36,878 nucleotides of DNA from NCBI GenBank assembly GCA_042566505.1, contig JBHPKP010000010.1, positions 1 to 36,878 on the forward strand, written 5' to 3'. How positions within the stretch are numbered: the stretch's first letter is position 1; each line of letters starts with the position of its first letter. Below are positions 1-9,662 of the stretch, one piece after another. The notes beneath the pieces were generated by a model. It was not told the DNA's origin, searched no databases, and saw nothing but the letters and a program-made list of their open reading frames with translations. The translations under genes were made by a program, and so were the position numbers. This stretch comes from a bacterium (GTDB lineage: Bacteria > RUG730 > JBDRED01 > JBHPKP01).

Positions 1-360
1 TTCGTTAAAAAAGATACAATGATAGTCAATATGCAGGCTGATAGAGTAGATATTGATGATAAAAATAGGCTCATTGAAGCAAATGGGAATGTTAAAGTTT
101 TAAAAGATAAAGGTGAATATGAAGTTGTTGGAGAGAAGGGGATTTATTCTGAAGAGGATAATTATCTTATTTTTACTGATACTCCAGTTGTAACCCAGGT
201 GCACGATAAAGGAAAAGCATATTATAAAGGCGAACGAATAATATTTTACCCAATGACTAATAAAATAATCATTAAGGATAGAGTGGAAATAGAATTTCAT
301 CCAAATGAAAAAATCTTAGAGGCTAGTGAAGGTGAGGAAAATGAAACTAAAAGTGAATGA
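1..360 (+). CDS. lptA: LptA/OstA-family periplasmic LPS transport protein, C-terminal part (5' end lies outside the window)
   Basis: The reading frame is open from base 1. The translation is beta-rich and Lys/Asp/Gly-rich, consistent with the OstA-like fold. It lies immediately upstream of, and slightly overlaps, an unmistakable lptB. Confidence 0.55.
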   Translation, partial: FVKKDTMIVNMQADRVDIDDKNRLIEANGNVKVLKDKGEYEVVGEKGIYSEEDNYLIFTDTPVVTQVHDKGKAYYKGERIIFYPMTNKIIIKDRVEIEFHPNEKILEASEGEENETKSE

Positions 361-1060
361 ACTATATAAAAGTTATGGAAAAAGATATGTTGTTGATGGT
401 ATAAACCTTGAAGTAAATCAGGGTGAGATTGTGGGTTTGTTAGGCCCAAATGGGGCAGGCAAAACAACAACATTTTATTCCACAATTGGATTAATTCAGC
501 ATGAAAAGGGCAATGTATATCTCGATGATGTCGAAATTACGTCAATGCCAATGTATAAGCGCGCACAATTAGGTATCAGTTATTTATCACAGGAGCCATC
601 GATTTTTCGTAGGCTTTCGGTCGAAGAAAACGTAATGGCAATACTTGAGTTTCAGGATATAACGCATGATGAGCGTAAGGAAAAGTTGGATTCGCTTTTA
701 AATGAATTAGGAATTGAATGGCTCCGAAAAAGAAAGGCATATTCGCTTTCCGGTGGTGAAAAACGTCGTTTGGAAATTTGTCGTGCACTTGCAAATACAC
801 CAAAGTTTATTTTGCTGGACGAACCTTTTGTTGGGATTGATCCTATTGCAGTTGACGATATACAAAAAATAATTTTCAACCTAAAGGAAAAAGGATTTGG
901 TGTCTTAATAACAGATCATAATGTACGTGAGACATTAGAGGTTATTGATAGAGCTTATATAATTTATGAGGGTAAAATTCTTTTGGAAGGAACTGCAGCA
1001 GAACTTATTAATAGCGAGGAAGCTAGGAAATTATATTTAGGTGATTCTTTTAAAATGTAG
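341..1060 (+). CDS. lptB: LPS export ABC transporter ATP-binding protein LptB
   Basis: Walker A GPNGAGKTTTFY, ABC signature LSGGEKRRLEI and Walker B ILLDEPFVGID. The N-terminus MKLKVNELYKSYGKR is typical of LptB. The track ORF starts at a GTG at 326. The ATG at 341 is preferred because it is preceded by GGTGAGGAAA as a ribosome-binding site. Confidence 0.85.
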   Translation: MKLKVNELYKSYGKRYVVDGINLEVNQGEIVGLLGPNGAGKTTTFYSTIGLIQHEKGNVYLDDVEITSMPMYKRAQLGISYLSQEPSIFRRLSVEENVMAILEFQDITHDERKEKLDSLLNELGIEWLRKRKAYSLSGGEKRRLEICRALANTPKFILLDEPFVGIDPIAVDDIQKIIFNLKEKGFGVLITDHNVRETLEVIDRAYIIYEGKILLEGTAAELINSEEARKLYLGDSFKM

Positions 1061-1068
1061 AGGATTAA

Positions 1069-2049
1069 ATGGACAAAAATATTAAATTAATAGAGGAACT
1101 TTTAGATTCAAAAAACAAACTTCTTACGGAAATACACAAGGTTATTGTGGGGCAAGATGAAGTTATAAATTTGCTGTTGATTTCATTACTTTCAAAAGGA
1201 CATTGTTTGATTGTTGGGGTACCTGGACTTGCTAAAACAATGCTTATCTCGAGTTTTTCAAAGCTTATAAAACTTGATTTTAATCGAATACAGTTTACGC
1301 CAGATCTTTTACCGTCTGATATTATTGGCACAGAGGTTCTTGAAGAAGTTAAAAGTACCGGCAAGCGAATGTTTAGATTTATAAAAGGACCTGTTTTTTC
1401 GAATGTAATTCTAGCAGATGAAATAAATCGCACACCGCCAAAAACACAATCAGCATTATTACAGGCTATGCAGGAATATAAAGTTACAACAAGTGGTGAG
1501 ACATTTGATTTGGAGTTGCCATTTTTTGTTTTGGCTACCCAGAATCCTATAGAGCAAGAGGGTACATATCCCTTGCCGGAGGCACAACTTGATAGATTCT
1601 TTTTTAAAATTTTAATTGGATACCCAACTGAATCTGAAGAAAAAGAAATAGTTAAATCAATAGATACCCGTGATGAAGTAAAACTAAACGCAATTTTAGA
1701 TGGGGATGCAATAAAAAAATTACAGCATATCGTTACACAAGTGCCGGTATCAGATGCTGTGGTTGATTTTACTGTTAGACTTGTTTCAAGCACACGACCC
1801 GAATCAATAAATGCGCCTGACTTTATTAAAAATTGGGTCAGATGGGGTGCCGGTCCAAGAGCAACCCAAAATTTGATACTTGGAGCAAAAGCAAAGGCGA
1901 TTCTTGAAGCGCGATATATGGTGTCTATTCAGGATATAAAACATCTGGCTTTTCCTGTTTTAAGACATAGAATCATTCCAAATTTTAATGCAGAAGCTGA
2001 AGGCGTAACTGTAGAAAATATAATAGAGGAGTTAGTCAAATATGTTTAA
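1069..2049 (+). CDS. MoxR-family AAA+ ATPase
   Basis: N-terminal VIVGQDEVINLLLISLLSKGHCLIVGVPGLAKT (Walker A), ILADEINRTPPKTQSALLQAM (Walker B and sensor region), about 325 aa. These are typical of the MoxR/RavA subfamily. Confidence 0.85.
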   Translation: MDKNIKLIEELLDSKNKLLTEIHKVIVGQDEVINLLLISLLSKGHCLIVGVPGLAKTMLISSFSKLIKLDFNRIQFTPDLLPSDIIGTEVLEEVKSTGKRMFRFIKGPVFSNVILADEINRTPPKTQSALLQAMQEYKVTTSGETFDLELPFFVLATQNPIEQEGTYPLPEAQLDRFFFKILIGYPTESEEKEIVKSIDTRDEVKLNAILDGDAIKKLQHIVTQVPVSDAVVDFTVRLVSSTRPESINAPDFIKNWVRWGAGPRATQNLILGAKAKAILEARYMVSIQDIKHLAFPVLRHRIIPNFNAEAEGVTVENIIEELVKYV

Positions 2050-2845
2050 CAAAATTTTAAAAATATTCTTATTTGCTGTTATAGCTTTTGGTTTAGGGGC
2101 TTGTTATTCCAGAACGATTTCAATATCAAATGAAGAGCTTAACAAAATAGGGAAAAAAATATTTATGAATGAATGTGGAGGAAAGATTAAATATCTTACT
2201 TCATGGAACAAAGGAGAAGAGTTTGCTTCATTAGGAGTTGGCCATTGTATATGGTATACAAAAGATAAACGAATGCATTTCAAAGAATCTTTCCCCGAAT
2301 TATTAGTGTTTATTAAAAGTAAAAATATTCAACTGCCAGAATGGCTGGATAAGGCGCCTAATGTATACTGTCCATGGAATACCCGTCAGGAATTTATACA
2401 GGATTTACAAAGCGAAAAAATGCAAGAGCTTAGAAAATTTTTAATAGATACAATTCCTTTACAAGTTCTATTTATGGCAAATCGTTTAGAAAAAGCATTG
2501 CCAAAGATTTTGAACACAGTTCCTCACGAAAGGAGAGATTTTATAGAAAAACAGTTTTATCGTATTGCTAATAGCCCCTATGGAATGTATCCATTGATAG
2601 ATTATGTGAATTTCAAAGGAGAAGGTATATTAGAAAGTGAAAGGTATAAAGGAAAAGGCTGGGGATTATTGCAGATATTAGAAAGAATGAAAGGAACTAA
2701 GACAGGAATTAATGCTATTAAAGAATTTTCAGAAATAGCTCAGCAGTTGTTAATAGAAAGAGTGAAGAATTCTCCTAAAGAACGTAATGAACAAAGATGG
2801 CTGCCTATCTGGAAAAGGCGTATTCAAACTTATGTGGAGAATTAA
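2042..2845 (+). CDS. Hypothetical lipoprotein, translationally coupled to the MoxR ATPase
   Basis: Signal peptide with lipobox (FGLGAC-YS). Overlaps the moxR stop by 8 nt. No vWA/DUF58 motifs were recognised. Function is unknown. Confidence 0.5.
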   Translation: MFNKILKIFLFAVIAFGLGACYSRTISISNEELNKIGKKIFMNECGGKIKYLTSWNKGEEFASLGVGHCIWYTKDKRMHFKESFPELLVFIKSKNIQLPEWLDKAPNVYCPWNTRQEFIQDLQSEKMQELRKFLIDTIPLQVLFMANRLEKALPKILNTVPHERRDFIEKQFYRIANSPYGMYPLIDYVNFKGEGILESERYKGKGWGLLQILERMKGTKTGINAIKEFSEIAQQLLIERVKNSPKERNEQRWLPIWKRRIQTYVEN

Positions 2846-2874
2846 GAATAAAAAAATCAAAACGGGAGTAAAAA

Positions 2875-5800
2875 ATGTATTTTAAAAGGCAGTGTTTTTT
2901 TATATTGATTAGTGTGTTTATTTTTAGTGTTTTATGTTTTAGTGAAACACCAAAACTTGATATTGTATATCCTCCTGAAGGAACAACTATTGTTCGAAGT
3001 TCAACCTTTATTTATGGTAATATTTATCCTCTTGAAGCAGAATTGTCAATTAATGGACAAGAGGTTGCTGTTCATTCGGGCGGAGGTTTTCTTGCATATC
3101 TAAAAATAGATGCCCAGGATACAGATAAAAAATATGTTTTTAAATGTAAAGCAATCAATAACGGTGATATTCTTACGCATGAACAAAAGGTAATTTTATA
3201 TCCTTTGCCTTTTTCGTATCCTGAAACAGGTTTAAATCTTAGTCAAAAATCTGATTTTAAAGATAATGTAATATTATTAAATAAAGGCAGTACTTATAAG
3301 TTATCTGCTGCTTTCAAAAAAAATTTACAGGTTTCCTACAGTCTTTTAGATGAATATAATGATTTTATTTATGAAGACATCCAAATGAATGAACTTGAAA
3401 AGGGAATATATTCTTCAGATTTATTAATCGGAACAAATGATAAATTTAAGAAAGCTAATATAAGATTTAAAATAAAGGAAGGAGCAGGAGAGATTATAGA
3501 AAAGGAGTTAAATAGTGTTACTATAAAGCCAAAGAATCAAGTGCGTTTTAAAGAAGTATTATTCTCTATATCGAACAATGAAATTATATGTGAGAATAGT
3601 TCGGATTTTTTAGATGCGGAAATATTCTTTAAGAAAGGGAGGTATTTTAAATTTTTGTTTCAAAAAGTAAATGTTAATGAAGTGTCTTATAGTTTTATTA
3701 ATGAAGATGGTGAAGCTTATTATAATGATAAGCTAATGGTGCCGCATGAGTTAGTAGACGGATTATTTTTTTCAGAGTTTTATATAAGCGCAAAAGATGA
3801 ATTTCAAAATTCAAAGATAAAGTTTCAATATAAAGATTTAAAGGGAAATCTTTATGAAAAAATAGTAACAAGTATTAGTGTTCATGCTGATACTGAAATA
3901 AGTCATTTTATGGACAGTAATAGGTATAGAATTAGTTTTAAATTATCGGATAAGTATGCATATTTCGAGAATAATAAATATTTTCCCGATGGAAATATTC
4001 TTTTAAATAAAGAAGAGGCTCTTGGTATAGTGATTAAGTCAACGGAAAATTGCCAAGTTAGGTATAGTCTTTTAGATGATAAAGGCAATTATTATTATAA
4101 GAATTTGGTTATGCAGGAGGATGGATTAATAGCAGGATTATATAGAGCAGAATTGTTTATTGGTTCGAGAGATACATTTCAAGAAGCTAATCTGGAATTT
4201 GAGTTTATTTACCCAGATGGCAGAATAATTCATAAAAAAGCAAAAGGAATAAAAATTAGTTGTGAGCCTAAAGCTCCTTTTAAAAAATTACTGTTTAATG
4301 TTATTGAAGATAAAATTAAGATGAAAAATAAAACAGATTATAATGATGGAAAAATTATTCTAAACAAAGGTTCAGTTTATAGGATAGAGTTATTTAAAGA
4401 AGGTATACAAAACGTAAATTACACTATTTTGAATTCTACTAGTGATATATATTATGATAAAATTCCTATGAAAGAAAGTAGCGTAATAAAAGGTCTGTTT
4501 AATTCCGATTTATCTATAGGACTAGAAGATAATTTTCAAGAAGCAAGAATAAAATTCGAGTATAAAGATTCAGATAAAGAATTAAATGAAGAGGTAGTAA
4601 AAGATATCAGGTTTAGATGTTTTGAGGATATTAGCGAGAATTCTGGATATATTGCAAAGAAAATTATATGTCAGGAAGGAATTATTATAGATAATAGATC
4701 AATGCATCCCAAAAAAGATATGGTTGTGCAGGTAGGTGATATTATTGATTTTCAAGTTAAAGGTTCTTCAAATTGTCATGTAACATATAGTATATATGAT
4801 GATAATGATAATATTTTATATAAAGACTTGCCTATGTTTGATGCAAATAAGGATATAGATAATAAGACAAAAGGAATATATACATCAGCATTTGTAGTGA
4901 GTAATAAAGATTGTTTTAAGGATGCTAAAATAAAATTTAAGTTTAAAAATAGACAGGGAAATATTCTTGAAAAAGAGTTAAAAGCAAGAATAAGCGTATA
5001 TGATAGTCCAATACCGCAGGTAGTGGAATTAACAGAAGAAATAAATAGAGCGCGTCCAGAAGTTAAATTAGCTTATTTATTATTTTTGCCCAAAGGGGTT
5101 CGCTCGTTAGTAACAGGTAAAAAAAAAGATTATGTGCGATTGAAATTGTCCAAGAATCAAGATGTATGGATTCCGGAGAGCAATGTTAAATATTTGCCCA
5201 AAGGTATACCTAATCCCAAAAGTATCATACCATATATAAGTCATAAGAAAAAAGATAACAAAAGTATAATTTCTATAGGAATATCAGAAAAATTACCATA
5301 CAAAATAGAACATATCCCTGAATCAAAAGAATTTAGAATAAAAATTTATAATGCATTCAGTCATGCAGATTGGGTCATCATGGATACAGAGGATGAAAAT
5401 ATCCGTACAATTCGTTGGGATCAGCCGGAGCCCGGAGTTTTTCAACTAAGTATTAAATTAACAAACGAACAGTTATGGGGGTATGATATTAGATATGAGG
5501 AAAAGATAGGAAGAAAATGGAAATATCATATTAGAAAAAATCTTGTTATAGAATTAACGCATAAGAAAAAAAATATTAAATTAAAAGATTTAAAAATATG
5601 TGTTGATCCGGGACATTCATTAGCAGATGGAGTAGTTGGTCCTACAAGATTTGCAGAAAAAGAAGCAAATCTGTTAATAGCCTTGGAATTAAAAAAGATG
5701 CTGGAAAAAGCGAAAGCAGAAGTAATAATGACTAGAATGGACAGTAATACTAATGTAGGTTTAATGGAGCGACGAGAAATTGCCATAAATAATAATTGTG

Positions 5801-6132
5801 ATCTATTCATCAGTATCCATAATAATGGATTGCCTGATGGAGTAAATCCTTTTCTAAATACAGGAACAAGCGATTTGTATTATCATCCTCAAAGTAAAAT
5901 ATTAGCAGATACAATATTAGAATCAATGGTTAGAAATACAAAATATCCTCCTTATTGCATGTATCGCGCTGATATTTGTGTGTGTCGTATGCATCAGATG
6001 CCGTCTGTTCTTGTGGAATGTATATTTCAGATAATTCCTGAACAGGAAGCTTTATTAAAAACAAAAGGCTTTCAACGTAAGTGTGCAAAAGGAATATTGG
6101 AAGGTCTTAAAAAATTTGTAGAGTCAAAATAG
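2875..6132 (+). CDS. Large secreted N-acetylmuramoyl-L-alanine amidase (Amidase_3 catalytic domain at the C-terminus) with four internal ~95-aa tandem repeat domains
   Basis: Signal peptide. The C-terminal block KICVDPGHSLADGVVGP...EANLLIALELKKML...CDLFISIHNNG matches the AmiA/AmiC-type amidase core. Four repeats share (I/V)LLNKG...Y(S/T)(L/I)LD...Y(Y/E)D...(F/Y)QEA(N/R)I(K/E)FE(F/Y)K. Confidence 0.8.
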   Translation: MYFKRQCFFILISVFIFSVLCFSETPKLDIVYPPEGTTIVRSSTFIYGNIYPLEAELSINGQEVAVHSGGGFLAYLKIDAQDTDKKYVFKCKAINNGDILTHEQKVILYPLPFSYPETGLNLSQKSDFKDNVILLNKGSTYKLSAAFKKNLQVSYSLLDEYNDFIYEDIQMNELEKGIYSSDLLIGTNDKFKKANIRFKIKEGAGEIIEKELNSVTIKPKNQVRFKEVLFSISNNEIICENSSDFLDAEIFFKKGRYFKFLFQKVNVNEVSYSFINEDGEAYYNDKLMVPHELVDGLFFSEFYISAKDEFQNSKIKFQYKDLKGNLYEKIVTSISVHADTEISHFMDSNRYRISFKLSDKYAYFENNKYFPDGNILLNKEEALGIVIKSTENCQVRYSLLDDKGNYYYKNLVMQEDGLIAGLYRAELFIGSRDTFQEANLEFEFIYPDGRIIHKKAKGIKISCEPKAPFKKLLFNVIEDKIKMKNKTDYNDGKIILNKGSVYRIELFKEGIQNVNYTILNSTSDIYYDKIPMKESSVIKGLFNSDLSIGLEDNFQEARIKFEYKDSDKELNEEVVKDIRFRCFEDISENSGYIAKKIICQEGIIIDNRSMHPKKDMVVQVGDIIDFQVKGSSNCHVTYSIYDDNDNILYKDLPMFDANKDIDNKTKGIYTSAFVVSNKDCFKDAKIKFKFKNRQGNILEKELKARISVYDSPIPQVVELTEEINRARPEVKLAYLLFLPKGVRSLVTGKKKDYVRLKLSKNQDVWIPESNVKYLPKGIPNPKSIIPYISHKKKDNKSIISIGISEKLPYKIEHIPESKEFRIKIYNAFSHADWVIMDTEDENIRTIRWDQPEPGVFQLSIKLTNEQLWGYDIRYEEKIGRKWKYHIRKNLVIELTHKKKNIKLKDLKICVDPGHSLADGVVGPTRFAEKEANLLIALELKKMLEKAKAEVIMTRMDSNTNVGLMERREIAINNNCDLFISIHNNGLPDGVNPFLNTGTSDLYYHPQSKILADTILESMVRNTKYPPYCMYRADICVCRMHQMPSVLVECIFQIIPEQEALLKTKGFQRKCAKGILEGLKKFVESK

Positions 6133-6251
6133 AGATATTTTAATTTATAATATTCTCTTACTATGACGTTCAGTTCTATCAAGTTTGTGGAGTGTTGACG
6201 ATAGATCAACAAATATATGGTTTAGATAAATAATTTAAATGGAGAATTCTT

Positions 6252-7436
6252 ATGCCGTATCGAAAAAAGGAAAATAAATTTATGTTAAATGTTTATAAAC
6301 GTTATCCAATTTGTATTACTAGAGCTAAAGGTATGTATATGTGGGATATTAATAACAAGAAGTATCTTGATTTTATATCGGGTATTGCTGTTAATGCATT
6401 TGGACATTGTCATCCCAAAATCACTCAAATAATTAAAAAGCAGGCTGAAAAATTAGTTCATGTTTCAAATTTATTTTATACAAATGAACAAATTAGTCTT
6501 GCAGAAAAATTAATCGAGCTATATGGTGCAGCCGGCAAAGTTTTCTTATCAAATAGTGGAACCGAGGCAAATGAATGTGCAATTAAGCTTGCTCGCAAAT
6601 GGGGGCAAATGCAGAATAAAAATAAATTTGAGATTATTAGTTTTAAACAATCTTTTCATGGACGAACCATTGCATCGTTGTCAGCAACCGGGCAAGATAA
6701 GCTGCAAAAGGATTTTAAGCCTTTATTGAAAGGTTTTAAATATGCAGCGTTTAATGATATAGAGTCAGTTAAGAAAATCATAAATAGCAAATCATGTGCT
6801 GTTATAGTTGAATCCATTCAAGGCGAAGGTGGAGTGAATATCGCTGAAAAAAGCTTTTTAAAATCCCTGGCATCCTTATGTAAGAAAAACAAAACATTAC
6901 TAATACTTGATGAAATTCAAATGGGTTTGGGAAGGACCGGAAAAATGTTTGGTTATGAACACTTTGGCATAAAGCCGGACATGGTTACACTTGCAAAAGC
7001 TTTGGGTAATGGACTTCCAATTGGCGCAACAATTGTATCAAACAAAATATCTGGCACTTTTTCATATGGTAGTCATGGCTCTACATTTGGTGGTAATCTG
7101 GTGGCATGCGCATGTGCAAAGACTATTTTAGCCATGCTAACTGATAAGCAATTGAAGCATAATGAAAATATGGGTAAATATTTAAATGAAAAACTAAATA
7201 AATTAAATGAAAAATATAAATTTATTACAGAAATAAGAGGAAAAGGTCTTGTTTGGGGAATGGATTTAAAAAAAATAGATGTAAATGAAATTGTTGATAA
7301 GTGTAGGGAACAAGGTTTGTGTATTAGTGCTGTTCAGGGGAAGAGCTTACGATTTTTACCTGCATATATAGTAACAAAAAAAGAGATAAATAAACTATTC
7401 GATATTCTTGATGGAGTTTTTAAAACAATAAAGTGA
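6252..7436 (+). CDS. argD: Class-III PLP aminotransferase, most likely acetylornithine aminotransferase
   Basis: SNSGTEANECAIKLARKWG, LILDEIQMGLGRTGKMFGYEHFGIKPDMVTLAKALGNGLPIGA (PLP-lysine region) and length match ArgD/AstC. GGAG sits 7 nt upstream of the ATG at 6252. The alternative start is 6282. Confidence 0.8.
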   Translation: MPYRKKENKFMLNVYKRYPICITRAKGMYMWDINNKKYLDFISGIAVNAFGHCHPKITQIIKKQAEKLVHVSNLFYTNEQISLAEKLIELYGAAGKVFLSNSGTEANECAIKLARKWGQMQNKNKFEIISFKQSFHGRTIASLSATGQDKLQKDFKPLLKGFKYAAFNDIESVKKIINSKSCAVIVESIQGEGGVNIAEKSFLKSLASLCKKNKTLLILDEIQMGLGRTGKMFGYEHFGIKPDMVTLAKALGNGLPIGATIVSNKISGTFSYGSHGSTFGGNLVACACAKTILAMLTDKQLKHNENMGKYLNEKLNKLNEKYKFITEIRGKGLVWGMDLKKIDVNEIVDKCREQGLCISAVQGKSLRFLPAYIVTKKEINKLFDILDGVFKTIK

Positions 7437-9070
7437 TTTTAGCATTTATATTTTTAATTAGTTTATGTTTGCTTTATATAGGTTATAAGTATTTTGGAAA
7501 CTTTTTATCAAAATACTTAAACATAGATGATAACAACCCGACCCCAGCTCATATCCTTAAAGATAATATTGATTATGTGCCAACACATGTTGCAGTTGTT
7601 TTTGGTCATCATTTCTCTTCAATAGCAGGTGCAGGACCAATTGTAGGCCCAATAATTGCATGTTTATATTTTGGTTGGCTACCGACTATTCTGTGGATTA
7701 TAATAGGATCGATATTTATCGGTGGATTGCATGATTATGCTGCATTGGTTGCTTCTATGCGTAATGGGGGAAAATCCATTGCTCAAATTGCAAAAGGCAC
7801 ATTTGGCAAAGAAGCTTATTACACATTGCTAATTTTTGTTTTATTGTGTTTGGAATATGTTTTGGTAGTTTTCTTAGATATAACAAGTGTAACATTTGTC
7901 CAAAATGGAAGTGTTGCAACTTCTGCTTCCGGTTATATTTTAATCGCACTAATTTTTGGATTTATTCTATACAAATTTAAATCAAACTTAATTATTACTT
8001 CAATCCCTTTTGTTATATTAATTTTTATTATCTTATACTTTGGTTACAAATTTCCATTAGCTCAAATATCATTTTTTGGACTATCATCAAAGCAAACATG
8101 GCAGATATTACTGTTATTATATTGTTTTATAGCTTCGGTTTTGCCTGTGTGGGTACTATTGCAGCCGAGAGATTATTTATCCTCATATCTTCTATATTTT
8201 GCAATTTTTGTTGGATTTTTTGGAGTGATTTTTACCAATAATAATTTAAACTTTCCTTTTTATTTATCGAATCAAAATGCACATGGCATGAAACTTTTTC
8301 CTGCATTATTTATTATGGTTGCATGTGGAGCAGTCTCTGGTTTTCATTCACTTGTATCTTCGGGAACAAGTTCAAAGCAAATAGCAAAGGAATCCGATGC
8401 AAAGATTGTTGGTTATGGTGGAATGATAGTTGAAGGGGTAGTTGCAGTTATTGCAGTTATGACAATTATGATTCTAACAAAAGCTGAAGCTAAAGAATTA
8501 GCCAATCCTTTAATGATTTTTTCAAAAGGAATGAGCAATTTCTTGTCAATTTTTGGTATCGGTCAATCTTTCGGAGAAGTTGCAGGTCTTTTGATCATAT
8601 CAACATTTGTTTTAACAACACTTGATTCTGCTACAAGGATTTCACGCTATATTTTTCAAGAACTTTTTGGTGCAACATCACTAAAGAGCAGATATTTTGC
8701 GACTTTTATAGTATTAATAATGCCATTTATTTTTATATTTATCGAGGTAAAAGATAAAATTACCGGCAAGTTAATTCCAGCATGGAAAGTGATTTGGCCT
8801 GTATTTGGGAGTACAAATCAGCTTTTGGCAGCAGTGTCTCTACTAATACTTTCTACATGGATTACTAGACAAAACAATAACAAAAGTGGTATGATTAACA
8901 TCCTGTTCATTAAACTGCCTACGGTTTTTATGTACATAACAACTTGGTACGCATTAATTTTGCATATATTTTTTACACCAATCATGATTGTAAAACTTAC
9001 GTCAGCAATTTTAATTGTTCTTTCTTTTAGATTAACTTACAAATACTTAAAAAGTATTTCACAAATATGA
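7433..9070 (+). CDS. cstA: CstA-family (carbon starvation protein A-like) membrane transporter
   Basis: HHFSSIAGAGPIVGPIIACLYFGWLPTILWIIIGSIFIGGLHDY is the conserved CstA N-terminal signature. The protein is polytopic and hydrophobic throughout. The start overlaps the argD stop. Confidence 0.75.
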   Translation: MILAFIFLISLCLLYIGYKYFGNFLSKYLNIDDNNPTPAHILKDNIDYVPTHVAVVFGHHFSSIAGAGPIVGPIIACLYFGWLPTILWIIIGSIFIGGLHDYAALVASMRNGGKSIAQIAKGTFGKEAYYTLLIFVLLCLEYVLVVFLDITSVTFVQNGSVATSASGYILIALIFGFILYKFKSNLIITSIPFVILIFIILYFGYKFPLAQISFFGLSSKQTWQILLLLYCFIASVLPVWVLLQPRDYLSSYLLYFAIFVGFFGVIFTNNNLNFPFYLSNQNAHGMKLFPALFIMVACGAVSGFHSLVSSGTSSKQIAKESDAKIVGYGGMIVEGVVAVIAVMTIMILTKAEAKELANPLMIFSKGMSNFLSIFGIGQSFGEVAGLLIISTFVLTTLDSATRISRYIFQELFGATSLKSRYFATFIVLIMPFIFIFIEVKDKITGKLIPAWKVIWPVFGSTNQLLAAVSLLILSTWITRQNNNKSGMINILFIKLPTVFMYITTWYALILHIFFTPIMIVKLTSAILIVLSFRLTYKYLKSISQI

Positions 9071-9254
9071 GCAAGTAATTGCTTATATATAAAATGATCC
9101 CTTAAAATAAAATTAATATAAGGGACAGGGAGAGTAAGTGTTTTTGAAATTAGTAATAAAAGAATGTATCTTTTCGCGAGCGATCTGTGCTTCCTTTTCT
9201 TATCTACGTAAAAAACAATTTTGCTCATTTCCCCCAAAAAAAGGAGGCATGTAA

Positions 9255-9554
9255 ATGCAAAAAAACAAATTGTTCATTGGAAACTTGAGCTACAGTATTA
9301 CTGAGGATGAGTTGAAAGAAGAAATTCAGAAGACTGCATCCCCTACAAGTGTCAAAATCATTGAAGGAAAAGGATTCGGTTTTGTTGAATTCGAAAGTGA
9401 TGAAGATGCTGACAAAGTAAGAGAAGCTCTTAATAACCAAGACTTCAAAGGTAGAACAATGAGAATTGATTTCGCAAGACCAAAGAAACCTGGTATGGGT
9501 GGCGGCGGAAACTTTTCAAAAAGAAATGATTTTGGAAGAATTAAAAGATATTAA
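9255..9554 (+). CDS. RRM-type RNA-binding protein (glycine-rich C-terminus)
   Basis: RNP2 motif LFIGNLSY, RNP1 motif KGFGFVEF, and a GMGGGGNF tail. AGGAGG lies 6 nt upstream of the start. Confidence 0.85.
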   Translation: MQKNKLFIGNLSYSITEDELKEEIQKTASPTSVKIIEGKGFGFVEFESDEDADKVREALNNQDFKGRTMRIDFARPKKPGMGGGGNFSKRNDFGRIKRY

Positions 9555-9578
9555 TTGCTTTTTAAATCAATAGATTTG

Positions 9579-9617
9579 GAGGATATGTAATTTATTTTAC
9601 ATATCCTCTTTTTTTTT
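9579..9617 (+). terminator. Rho-independent terminator after the RRM gene
   Basis: Perfect 12-bp stem GAGGATATGTAA / TTACATATCCTC with a 6-nt loop followed by a 9-T run. Confidence 0.75.
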
Positions 9618-9662
9618 GGTTTTTTTAGTATAATATTATCTTTAAAATACTTTCAAGGGGTT

